DNA from: a virus
Taxonomy: Duplodnaviria > Caudoviricetes
DNA length: 38,355 bases
Virus record (IMG/VR): IMGVR_UViG_3300037350_000023
Span: 1-38,355 of that record
Reading direction: 5' to 3' (one strand)
Positions within the stretch are counted from its first letter, which is position 1, and each line of letters begins with the position of its first letter. Below are positions 18,047 through 26,331 of the stretch, piece after piece. The notes beneath the pieces were generated by a model, which was not told the origin of the DNA, did no database searches, and saw nothing but the letters and a program-made list of their open reading frames with translations. A program made the translations under genes and the position numbers.

Positions 18047-18082
18047 CTAAAGCACTCCCCCTGGGTTGGTGCGGTTGCAAAC

Positions 18083-18382
18083 TCAATCCTCAATAAGCAT
18101 GGTGTTGTAGACAGTTGCCGTTTCCGTCGAGGCACAGACAAAGCCGACGGTATCGGCATTACCGATATCAATGACGGTCGGCCAGGTTGGAGGGATCGGC
18201 AGGTCGTTCGTAGTCGCTGTCTGTGTGCCTTCCTGGGAATTCCACCAGCGCACGAAGACGTAATTCGGTCCCTTGCTGACAATCCGCACGTTCGTGCGAG
18301 TAATATCAACGGTAATGCTGCTCGGCGTTGATGTAGCCGCAACAGTCTGCGTAGAACCTTGAACCGGCGTGATTTTGTCCAT
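18083..18382 (-). CDS. small beta-rich putative virion protein
   Basis: 99-aa Thr/Val-rich ORF with GAGG RBS. Confidence 0.65.
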   Translation of the reverse strand: MDKITPVQGSTQTVAATSTPSSITVDITRTNVRIVSKGPNYVFVRWWNSQEGTQTATTNDLPIPPTWPTVIDIGNADTVGFVCASTETATVYNTMLIED

Positions 18383-18397
18383 ATCCACCGCTACCTC

Positions 18398-18904
18398 TCA
18401 GTGCAACAGCAAGAGCGCTATTGCGTCGTCTTCGTCCTCCGCGTCGCGGATGGCTTGTTCCAGTCGCATTTGCTTGATTTGCAGATCAGCGCGAAAAGCG
18501 CGCTCGATTTCCTGCCTGAGATCGATGCCTTTAGGCATCTCTGCCGCCGCTTTCTCGATTAAACCGGTGATAATGTCCTGCCGGTCAATCTGTGGCAGCG
18601 TTATTGCCGTTTCTGGCACATTTATGCGGGCGATCCTTTCGGGTGTCGCCCTTGGCGTTGGTAATATACCAAGTTTCTGCCGCTCAATCTCTACATATTT
18701 TGCATCGACATAGCGATTTAACCAACGGTAATCTTTAGCGTGGCGCCTGTCCCATTTCGAGTCGTACTTGTGCGGCATGCCACCAAAGTATTCGATGCCT
18801 GCGCCCTGGCCTTCAAGGAGAATAAAACCGCTGCCGTCTTCAAGGACAATATGACTCCCATCCTCTAGCAGAAGATAACTCGATGATGGATTTGGAGTCG
18901 GCAT
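18398..18904 (-). CDS. hypothetical protein with LLLEDG repeats
   Basis: YLLLEDGSHIVLEDGSGFILLE near the N-terminus; EDEDDAIALLLL C-terminus. Confidence 0.7.
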   Translation of the reverse strand: MPTPNPSSSYLLLEDGSHIVLEDGSGFILLEGQGAGIEYFGGMPHKYDSKWDRRHAKDYRWLNRYVDAKYVEIERQKLGILPTPRATPERIARINVPETAITLPQIDRQDIITGLIEKAAAEMPKGIDLRQEIERAFRADLQIKQMRLEQAIRDAEDEDDAIALLLLH

Positions 18905-18907
18905 CTA

Positions 18908-19153
18908 TCAGGCAGGCTGATGCGCCATAAAGGCGTCGTATTTCGACTGATCCGGCTGTCCGTCATTGTCGTAGAAAAATGTCGAGTAATTCCAGAGGTA
19001 ATCGGCCCACCACTGGAACGAGTCATGGTCTATCAGCTGATTAATGACAAAACAATGAGTGTACATGCCCATCGTGTCAGCATTGAAATTCGAGGTGAAA
19101 TAGTTCCAGAAGAAACTTTCACCTAGTAGATCAAGAAAAGCTTGCCGGTCCAT
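18908..19153 (-). CDS. aromatic/acidic small hypothetical protein
   Basis: GGAG RBS; 81 aa; internal FFWNYF / YLWNYS repeat. Confidence 0.6.
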   Translation of the reverse strand: MDRQAFLDLLGESFFWNYFTSNFNADTMGMYTHCFVINQLIDHDSFQWWADYLWNYSTFFYDNDGQPDQSKYDAFMAHQPA

Positions 19154-19162
19154 TTATATCTC

Positions 19163-20251
19163 CTATTGGACGAACCACGTTAAATCCACCATGCCAATTT
19201 CAATAACGACGTTTGTCGTCAGAGCGCCATTGCGAATTTGCGCCTGCATTGCCATGAACTGACCATTAGACGGCGCGCCCGATGTGATGTTGCCAGATGA
19301 GAACGTTACAGCCGTCTCCAAGTCAGTCAGCGTGACGTTGTATTGGCCGCCACCCGCAACGGATGTGATCTGCACCCACATGGCGTGCGCTGTCACACGC
19401 GGAATACCCGTATCAACTCGGGTTGCGGCACCAGCACCAGCATAGATAAGCTGCCAGTTACCAGCCGTCGTGTCGGCTGCATCGAAACCAATGCCGATAA
19501 GCTGCGTCGTGGTGGAGGGATCTGCACCTACGGCACCCGTAGCCGCACGAACCCCGACAAAACATTGAGCACCAGTTGCATCAGTCTGCAGATTGAAAAT
19601 GCTTTCAAACCAGAAGTTACAGCGAACTGGCGCCGCCTGTTGCTGGTTAGTGTAACCGCCCGTCGTGCCTGCGGTCGTTCCGGTAGAATAACGGGTCCTC
19701 AAAATTGAGGTCGTCAAGCTCGTTGAAGTCGGCGCAATAGTCGCGATTGTACCGCCTAGACTAATACCGCCGCCAATGCTGGTATTCATGCTGTTGGTGC
19801 CAGTGTTCGGCCTGGCACGAATGGTTCCCCATTTAGATCCGAATGATGCGGCATAAGGAGCAAGCATAGCAACGATTTGAGCGACCGTCAGATCAGAGGC
19901 ATTTGCTGTCGAGCCAGTATTGTTGCCCTTAAGCGTATTGGCTGCCATCTGCGCCAATTTGGCATTGCTAACAGCATTATTGGAAATTGTCGTCGCAAAG
20001 CTACCGGTTCCGCTGCCAGTGACATCACTAGTTAGGGTAATCGTTTGATCTCCGGTATTCGTACCACTGAGTGCGCTTACTGGCGCAGGAATGCCAGTCA
20101 GCTTACCCCAAGCAAGCGAAAGTGTTGCAATCCACGTCTGTATATAAGCGAACGTCAGAAAGACGTTAGTCCCTGATCTCGCAGCCGGGACCTGATCCGT
20201 CGCCTGTACGGATACGCCGTCTGTGAGCCCACTGATCTTAGTGTCAGCCAT
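19163..20251 (-). CDS. second fibre-like protein (possible head or accessory fibre)
   Basis: MADTKISGL N-terminus, GTNTGDQ and AVSNAKLA fibre motifs, beta-rich C-terminal domain. Confidence 0.7.
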   Translation of the reverse strand: MADTKISGLTDGVSVQATDQVPAARSGTNVFLTFAYIQTWIATLSLAWGKLTGIPAPVSALSGTNTGDQTITLTSDVTGSGTGSFATTISNNAVSNAKLAQMAANTLKGNNTGSTANASDLTVAQIVAMLAPYAASFGSKWGTIRARPNTGTNSMNTSIGGGISLGGTIATIAPTSTSLTTSILRTRYSTGTTAGTTGGYTNQQQAAPVRCNFWFESIFNLQTDATGAQCFVGVRAATGAVGADPSTTTQLIGIGFDAADTTAGNWQLIYAGAGAATRVDTGIPRVTAHAMWVQITSVAGGGQYNVTLTDLETAVTFSSGNITSGAPSNGQFMAMQAQIRNGALTTNVVIEIGMVDLTWFVQ

Positions 20252-22530
20252 TATTGCATCACCGCCGGCTCTTCAGTCATTGCCCATGACCCGTCAGGCT
20301 GTTTCATGGCGCGCTTGACCTTCGGCTGAGACTGCATGGCAAGATGCTGGTGAATAGCAGCCGTTGTCGCGGCCAGTTGGTTGACGGCACCACTCACATC
20401 GACGTTCTGTTGCGTATTCACATGGATTGCCTGTGCTTCGGCAGCGGCTCTCTGCGCCTCAGCTTGCGCCTGCAACCGTTCCGTTTCAGCCTTATAAGCC
20501 TCGGTTTGGTTCTTCTGTGAATCGACGCTGATCTTAGCAGCCGTATTCTGCTGGTCGAGCTTTGCCAACGCCAATTGCTGTTGAAGCTGCTGGTTTTCCT
20601 GCTGCAATTGCTGGAATTTCTGCATCCCCATTTGCATCTGTTGGCCCATCTGCTGCAATTGCTCTTGCATCTGCTGCATGGCCTGCGGATCAGGACCACC
20701 AGGTTGTGGCACAATCGCTTTCAGGCGAGCAGCGATCTCATCGGCGCCGGGCCAATCAAGATTCTTAGCCACCAAATCGCCAATGTAAGGCGCTGCCTGC
20801 GGGAAAGCCTGCAAAAGCTGCATCATCTGGTCGGCCGCTTCCTGACGCTGCGTCGTATAGCTCGGTCCAGCGGTAACAGTGAGATCGTATTTACCCGCAC
20901 TGAGATCGAAAACGCCCGTCAATTCCGTGGTCGATGACGCTTCCTGCGGCGTTCCTGCCGGCGACAGCGCCTGCATCTGACCTGGTAGCGCATTTGGCGC
21001 CTGTTGGGCAGCACCAGGCAGCTGCGGCATACCGGGAGCCTGCATGGGCGTCTGACCGACCTGCGGCGGCATCTGCGGCTGCTGCGGTTTCTCGCCAAGC
21101 TGCACGTTCTGCACCGAACCATCGCGGCCAAGCACACGCACCATACGGTCGCCAGTGTAAACCTTCGGGATGAGGTCAATCAGGATCTTGCCAGTCTGGC
21201 GGACAGCGCGCACTTGGTTATCAACAAAGTGAAATGTAGATGTTTCTCCTTCGACCTTGCGGGCGTTGATAGCCTTGCCGCTCGTCTCATTGCTGCGCTG
21301 GCCGAGCGACGCGTCATAAAGGCCCGTGATGGCCTTGATATCGTCATGGGCCGATAGCGCTTCTTGCATAGCACCCCCAGCAGGTCCGGCGAACTGCTGA
21401 CGTTGTGGCGGGACGTTGCCTTTGTAGCTGATATAAGACCAGTTCTTGAGGTTTGCTGTGTCCCATTTCTGCTGGTCTTCACCCTGGAAGGCAACCTCAG
21501 GTCCAATAAACGGCGTTTTAGGTGCAAGGGCTACCAGCTCGGTCGCGGCAGTGCGCCAGTAATTGAACTGCCGTTGTGCGTCCTTAGCATCGCGGATCAG
21601 CGACTTGAAAATGCGTTTCCCTTCGATGTTGATTTCTTCGCCATAGGTCGGAATGATCGGAATGTAACAACCGGCCCAATCGTTATCCTTGAGTACTTCG
21701 GCGCAAGTCATGATCTTCTGATTGACTTTCCAGCTGCGGATTGTGCGCTCGCCAATGACCGATAGTCCTGCAGTCGTCCAGAGATCCTGGTTATCCTTCC
21801 ATTCGCTGGCGAGTATGATTTCGCCATTGTTGAGCTTGACAACTGGCCGCATGACCTCTGATCTGGTCCAATACTCAGCGACCATGACGCTGTCATCGGT
21901 GACCCACGGCAGGCCCTGCTTGTTATAGCCGTCATCTTCCCAGTTAACAGCTTCAGCGCCTTTATACGTCTCCTCGAAAGCATCTTTCGACATCTGGTCA
22001 ACGATGAAAGCCGTCATCCAATCGCTGCCATCAGCAGACGTGCTGTAGGGATCTGCATACACATTGAACGGATTGGCAATGCGCTGGATCAGGATATCTT
22101 TGTCAAAGGTATCATCATGCGCATAGTCGATGTTGACGCGGTGATAGCCAAACCCGCAGCTGACGGCAAAGTCAATGGCAGTGTCGTAAGCAACATCGGC
22201 GTTGCTGATCTGCTCAATATTGCGGATGAGACCGTCATAGACCTGTGCGGTCTTGACGTCGCCCTGACTGTCGACAGGATGCACCTTGATCGTCGGTACA
22301 TTCTGTCTGGCATCATTGGTCACCTGCCGAACGAAGGCAGGGAGAAGGGGGATCGTCAGGCAGGGACGGTTCTCACGATCACGGTCGGTCTTCACCTGAT
22401 CGGGCCAATGTTCGTTGAGCTTCAGAAAGCGCAGGTCTGAAAGCGCTTCCTCTCGGTTCTCTGATTCATTGTCGGATGCGAGCTGGAACGCTTCCTTAGC
22501 TTCGCTGATGACGTCTTTATCGCTGGCCAT
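20251..22530 (-). CDS. portal protein (P22 gp1-like)
   Basis: 759 aa; RPCLTI, DAKDAQRQFNYW, SNETSGKAINAR, KYDLTVTAGPSYTTQRQEA; Q-rich C-terminal barrel. Confidence 0.93.
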   Translation of the reverse strand: MASDKDVISEAKEAFQLASDNESENREEALSDLRFLKLNEHWPDQVKTDRDRENRPCLTIPLLPAFVRQVTNDARQNVPTIKVHPVDSQGDVKTAQVYDGLIRNIEQISNADVAYDTAIDFAVSCGFGYHRVNIDYAHDDTFDKDILIQRIANPFNVYADPYSTSADGSDWMTAFIVDQMSKDAFEETYKGAEAVNWEDDGYNKQGLPWVTDDSVMVAEYWTRSEVMRPVVKLNNGEIILASEWKDNQDLWTTAGLSVIGERTIRSWKVNQKIMTCAEVLKDNDWAGCYIPIIPTYGEEINIEGKRIFKSLIRDAKDAQRQFNYWRTAATELVALAPKTPFIGPEVAFQGEDQQKWDTANLKNWSYISYKGNVPPQRQQFAGPAGGAMQEALSAHDDIKAITGLYDASLGQRSNETSGKAINARKVEGETSTFHFVDNQVRAVRQTGKILIDLIPKVYTGDRMVRVLGRDGSVQNVQLGEKPQQPQMPPQVGQTPMQAPGMPQLPGAAQQAPNALPGQMQALSPAGTPQEASSTTELTGVFDLSAGKYDLTVTAGPSYTTQRQEAADQMMQLLQAFPQAAPYIGDLVAKNLDWPGADEIAARLKAIVPQPGGPDPQAMQQMQEQLQQMGQQMQMGMQKFQQLQQENQQLQQQLALAKLDQQNTAAKISVDSQKNQTEAYKAETERLQAQAEAQRAAAEAQAIHVNTQQNVDVSGAVNQLAATTAAIHQHLAMQSQPKVKRAMKQPDGSWAMTEEPAVMQ

Positions 22531-22531
22531 C

Positions 22532-23947
22532 TCAGCCCATCCACCCGTGTGAAGTGTAGTGAGGTTCGCGCTTGCGCGGCTTTACCGATGCATGGCGCAA
22601 CATCATGACGCCGTACCTGGTGGCGCTCATAAGATCGTCACCTTCTTTCACAATGAGGCCGTTGTCTCGGTGGTAAAGGCGGTATTCCTCCCACCAATCG
22701 TTGAGATGCGCCGCAACCTTGAAACGTCCAGTCTGCATCCGGTCCAGCATATCCATGATGCCGGCTTCGACACCGTTGCTGCCATCCTCGAAGGTCGCTT
22801 TCTCAGCCAGCATATTAAGACCTTGCGCGCGGTACTGCTCAGCAAGCTGCACGCCAGAGCCTTTGTCATGCTGCAACCCATCATGCGGCCAAGCAACTGG
22901 TATCCATTCGCCGCGCGGCTTGATAGCTCCAGCATGGATAAGCGGCGTCTGCTCGCTGGCACGGTAACAATCTGTCACATGTACACAATCGGCGTCGCGG
23001 TCGTAAGCAAACCATACGGCAGCTGTCGGGTGATCCCAGCCGAAGTCAAGGCCAACAATGCGCACCCAATGATCCGGGATCTGGATTGCTTCTTCCTTGA
23101 TCTGCTCTTCAGGAACCGTAAACACGCGGCCTGACCCGAGGATCGGCGTGCCATTGGCGCGCGCTTCACGCTCATGCGCTGGATAGCTATCGATGATGAT
23201 TTGACGCTGTTCAGGTGTGTAATGCTCGGCCTCAGCGATGCCCATCTTGGTGAGATGCCGTTGCGGCGTCGGATTGAGCAGGAACGAACGCACTACCTCA
23301 GTCATTCCCATGAGCGGCGTTGCCGTGATGTAGCTCATGCCGCCAGTTGCGTTGGTGCGTGTCAGGCCTTCGCTGTAAATGTCTTCGGGCGGTTCTTCGT
23401 CGAACCAGACAAGATCAAGTGTCTCAGCTTGCCACTTCGCGCGGCCCTTCTCATAGAATTTCAGTGCCAGTATTGATTCGCCGCCTGAGACATGGCGAAC
23501 GCGGATCGTGTCGAAAAGATCGGAGACGCCAAGAGCGCGTGTCGTATCGATGATGCAGGCCTTGGGGATAGAACCTGTGCCAATGGCGCCCGGACGCCCC
23601 ATAAGCAGGCGCTGGACGGTATCGCGCGTCGTTTCACCTGTGACGCCGGCCGCCCATCCCACGATTGGCTTGTCCCATCTGCGACCGCGCCACCAATCTG
23701 GATAGCGGCCAGTGAGATGCATGGCATATTCCATGCTGCCTGACAGCGTCTTACCAATCTGGTTGCCGGCAAGGAAAAGGCGCTCCCGAAACGAAGCGCC
23801 AGCATCATGGAATGACGTCTGCTTACTGTACGGTGTGTAGCTCGCTAACCGATTCTCCGACTGGCGCTTCTCCCACTCCTGCTGAAGCGTCTGTAAGAGC
23901 AGCAACTCTTTCTCGGATGAAAGCAATGCTGGCTGCAAGCTCGTCAT
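22532..23947 (-). CDS. terL: terminase large subunit
   Basis: Walker A AGNQIGKT, Walker B VWFDEE, TATP coupling motif, nuclease GLDFG..HPTA and DDLMSATRY. Confidence 0.95.
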   Translation of the reverse strand: MTSLQPALLSSEKELLLLQTLQQEWEKRQSENRLASYTPYSKQTSFHDAGASFRERLFLAGNQIGKTLSGSMEYAMHLTGRYPDWWRGRRWDKPIVGWAAGVTGETTRDTVQRLLMGRPGAIGTGSIPKACIIDTTRALGVSDLFDTIRVRHVSGGESILALKFYEKGRAKWQAETLDLVWFDEEPPEDIYSEGLTRTNATGGMSYITATPLMGMTEVVRSFLLNPTPQRHLTKMGIAEAEHYTPEQRQIIIDSYPAHEREARANGTPILGSGRVFTVPEEQIKEEAIQIPDHWVRIVGLDFGWDHPTAAVWFAYDRDADCVHVTDCYRASEQTPLIHAGAIKPRGEWIPVAWPHDGLQHDKGSGVQLAEQYRAQGLNMLAEKATFEDGSNGVEAGIMDMLDRMQTGRFKVAAHLNDWWEEYRLYHRDNGLIVKEGDDLMSATRYGVMMLRHASVKPRKREPHYTSHGWMG

Positions 23948-24200
23948 CGCTCAGGCCATCCAACGGGCGTTCGATGACGAATTCCTTGGGAAGCAAACTG
24001 GCGATAGTCCGCACATAGCCGCTTGGGTCTTCCTCACGCATGCGAACAATTGCAGTTTCCCCATTTTTATCAAAGTCCTTTGCCAAAACCTCAAGCAACT
24101 TTTTAGTAACTTGGTTCCTGGCGTTAACTGGCTTGCCGCCTGGGTTTGCTACCTGTCCTGCACCGAACCGGGTAGACTTGTTTGGGTTTGGATTAGCCAT
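23823..24200 (-). CDS. terS: terminase small subunit
   Basis: TRFGAGQVANPGGKP N-terminal motif, LSDDEL C-terminal motif, directly upstream of terL. Confidence 0.8.
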   Translation of the reverse strand: MANPNPNKSTRFGAGQVANPGGKPVNARNQVTKKLLEVLAKDFDKNGETAIVRMREEDPSGYVRTIASLLPKEFVIERPLDGLSDDELAASIAFIRERVAALTDASAGVGEAPVGESVSELHTVQ

Positions 24201-24236
24201 ATCCAATTTCTGTGGATTTAGTTTCGCTAAATCTGC

Positions 24237-24449
24237 TCACTGTGCCAACTGCGAGCCAAGCTCCGGCAGATTGGCCGGGTCAAGCTCAACGATGGTTCGG
24301 CCGCTCTTGAAATTGATCAACGCTTTCAGGAATTTAACCTTGGCATCAGCGCGCTTCGATTCTTCGACATTCGTCAACGGCAGATAGACGACCTGATCGA
24401 GCAAGCCGTCTTTGTAGAAACCAGCGACAACCTGCGGCTCAAGCTGCAT
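24237..24449 (-). CDS. hypothetical protein
   Basis: Start MQLEPQ at 24449 after AGGAG. Confidence 0.6.
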   Translation of the reverse strand: MQLEPQVVAGFYKDGLLDQVVYLPLTNVEESKRADAKVKFLKALINFKSGRTIVELDPANLPELGSQLAQ

Positions 24450-24678
24450 GTCCGGTCTCCTGGCTGCTGATGAGATCCTGTTCATGCCGCGCGCTACCGA
24501 AGGCATTGGCTTCCAAGGCATGCAGGCGACGCTGCAAGACGTCCAGAGCTTCATTGAACTGCTCCACGACAGAAACCAGCGCCTCGGCAATCTCGCGCTG
24601 CTGTAGCTCAAGCTGCGACTGCTTCGACGGCGCGGCAGACTTTGGCATGGGAAGCGGGCGGCGAACGTAAGACGGCAT
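24439..24678 (-). CDS. hypothetical coiled-coil protein
   Basis: TGATG coupling to upstream gene. Confidence 0.6.
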   Translation of the reverse strand: MPSYVRRPLPMPKSAAPSKQSQLELQQREIAEALVSVVEQFNEALDVLQRRLHALEANAFGSARHEQDLISSQETGHAA

Positions 24679-24896
24679 CAGCGCACCCTGGCCCGACCGT
24701 TGAGGATGTTGTTGGCCTTGGCGGCAATGCGCTTCTCAGCGGCCTTGGAGAGGTTTCCCTTGGCTTCCTGCTGACTGGCGCGGGCTTTAGCGTTTGCGGC
24801 GTGAGATTTATCCGGCATCGGGTATTTGCGCTCGCCAGGCAAGCCAAAGTCTGACTTCGACAGCTTATCGCGTTCCTTGGACGACAGCTTGCCCAT
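24678..24896 (-). CDS. small basic protein (DUF6582-like)
   Basis: L..KERDKL..SDFGLPGERKYPMPDKSHA.NA.AR motif. Confidence 0.75.
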   Translation of the reverse strand: MGKLSSKERDKLSKSDFGLPGERKYPMPDKSHAANAKARASQQEAKGNLSKAAEKRIAAKANNILNGRARVR

Positions 24897-24940
24897 CAGC
24901 AGCCACGTCCGCCTTTACCGGGCTTCTTGGTTTTCTTCAT
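24896..24940 (-). CDS. 14-aa micropeptide MKKTKKPGKGGRGC
   Basis: AGGGGG RBS, TGATG coupling to next gene; first ORF after the putative late promoter. Confidence 0.45.
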   Translation of the reverse strand: MKKTKKPGKGGRGC

Positions 24941-24975
24941 TGCGAATAACCCCCTGCTAGGACAATCAGGCGCTT

Positions 24976-25003
24976 AGATTACCACAATTTGTGGATAGCG
25001 CAA
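24976..25003 (-). promoter_or_regulatory. putative late promoter with palindromic spacer
   Basis: TTGCGC-N16-TAATCT on the - strand; spacer contains CCACAA-A-TTGTGG. Confidence 0.55.
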
Positions 25004-25004
25004 G

Positions 25005-25196
25005 CTATGCCCAATCATCCCCCGTCGCCACCGCCAGTTCGGCGCGGTTCCATGGCTGCGGATAGCTGCAAGCCTTTCCACTCAGGACTGCCGCCTCAGC
25101 AATCGTTAACTGTGGTTTTATCGACATAGCCGTCTTCTCATGCAACACCGGCCAGCCATGCGGCAACGCCGCGAACTCGTCCTTGGGGTTGGGCAT
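25005..25196 (-). CDS. hypothetical protein
   Basis: GGAG RBS before ATG 25196. Confidence 0.55.
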   Translation of the reverse strand: MPNPKDEFAALPHGWPVLHEKTAMSIKPQLTIAEAAVLSGKACSYPQPWNRAELAVATGDDWA

Positions 25197-25218
25197 GTTA
25201 ATCTCCGTTATACACAAG

Positions 25219-25536
25219 CTATGTATTTTCAGATCGTTTGGCTGTTCTGGCTACCATCAGGCGGTCACGAAGCGCAGCCCTGGTTTCCTCTGATAAGTTC
25301 CTAGGGTTTCGCCACGGCGATGTGCCCATCCTGAACGGCCAAGAAGGACAAGCGACGGCCGTGCACTTCCTAACTTCGTCTTTTGACCCGCCGCAACAGT
25401 CAACACATCGTGCACGAATTGCATCAATCGGCGACATAGGCGCATGTCCAAGCTCTTGAAATTGTTCCTTTGTGACCTTTCTAGGGTCTTTGCCAATTTT
25501 TCTAAGATCACTTGCAAGTTCAAACGGGTCAAACAT
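25219..25536 (-). CDS. Cys-rich (putative Zn-binding) protein
   Basis: AIRARCVDCCGG...VRKC...CPSWPFRMG motif. Confidence 0.7.
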   Translation of the reverse strand: MFDPFELASDLRKIGKDPRKVTKEQFQELGHAPMSPIDAIRARCVDCCGGSKDEVRKCTAVACPSWPFRMGTSPWRNPRNLSEETRAALRDRLMVARTAKRSENT

Positions 25537-25574
25537 TTCACACCTGATAAGTTACCTGTAGTTTAGATAAGTTA

Positions 25575-26120
25575 TCAGAACGGCACGCTATCGTCTAGAA
25601 ACTTTGCTGTCTCGGTACGCGACTGCACCGAAGCGATTACAGCCCCTGGGAAGGCCATCTTCGCCTTGGCTAGTGTCGAATACCCGGAAAGCAGCCGACC
25701 GACCTCAGCGAGGCTGTAAACCTGACAGGAACGCTCTCTAGCCTGAATGGCAATCTGGCTGGCGTCAGCCTCGTCCTTCACCAGCAAAGCAATGCTGCCA
25801 TCTTCGAGCGGGATTTCCCAGACCGTTGGCGGCGTCGGTTGGCGGCCGGCTGCCCGTGCCGCCATATCGAGGGCAGCCCAGGCGCGCTTCATGCCGCCAA
25901 TCTGAGCTAGGATTTCTTCCCTAGTAGCGTCGTCACTCTCAAGCGCTGTATTGAGCAGCTCGGTCTGCTGATCGAAACGCATGCGCAGGTTGGCATCCGC
26001 CAGCAAGCGAAGGCGACCGATGCCCCACGTCTGTTCCAGCTGCTTCGCCAGGTAGTCGAGGGCTTGGATCTCCGAGGCGATGATAGCGTGGCAGTCGACC
26101 GTTAATCTTTGATTGACCAT
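25575..26120 (-). CDS. conserved-type hypothetical protein downstream of origin
   Basis: 181 aa; WGIGRL and K.AFPGA motifs; GGAG RBS. Confidence 0.7.
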   Translation of the reverse strand: MVNQRLTVDCHAIIASEIQALDYLAKQLEQTWGIGRLRLLADANLRMRFDQQTELLNTALESDDATREEILAQIGGMKRAWAALDMAARAAGRQPTPPTVWEIPLEDGSIALLVKDEADASQIAIQARERSCQVYSLAEVGRLLSGYSTLAKAKMAFPGAVIASVQSRTETAKFLDDSVPF

Positions 26121-26159
26121 TGCTGCTTCTCCAACGTTTCGGGTTTTATTTTCTTTTCG

Positions 26160-26331
26160 CCAGGAAGCTCCGCACCGCGAAGTGCGGAAGCTTCCCTAGG
26201 GGGTATGGGGGGTATAATCTCCGCAAAGCTTCCGCAAAGCCTCCGCAATAAAAACAACAACTTAACAATATAGCTTCCGCAAAGCTTCCGCAAAGCTTCC
26301 GCAAAGCTTCCGCAATGATTTCAATGGGTTA
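26160..26331. repeat. putative replication origin with 11-bp iterons
   Basis: Four perfect AGCTTCCGCAA copies (26272..26315), three more near-copies (~26217..26248), an inverted pair in a hairpin (~26166..26191) and IHF-like sites, directly after the primase-helicase. Confidence 0.75.

Noticed and set aside
5594-20251. Diversity-generating retroelement or invertible fibre switch
   Set aside because: No reverse transcriptase or invertase, and no TR/VR repeat pair seen between the two fibre genes
20560-21090. CAG/ATG-rich repeats in the portal gene
   Set aside because: Encode Q/M/P-rich linker and coiled-coil barrel expected in P22-like portals
8225-23812. Many long + strand ORFs opposite structural genes (e.g. 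9282..9875, 13908..14612, 22559..23134)
   Set aside because: Antisense shadows of GC-rich coding sequence; no RBS or recognisable motifs
26102-26293. 63-aa - strand ORF in the origin
   Set aside because: Translation of iteron repeats; no RBS
26217-26315. Tandem repeats as a CRISPR array
   Set aside because: 11-bp units with no unique spacers and no cas genes; fits iterons
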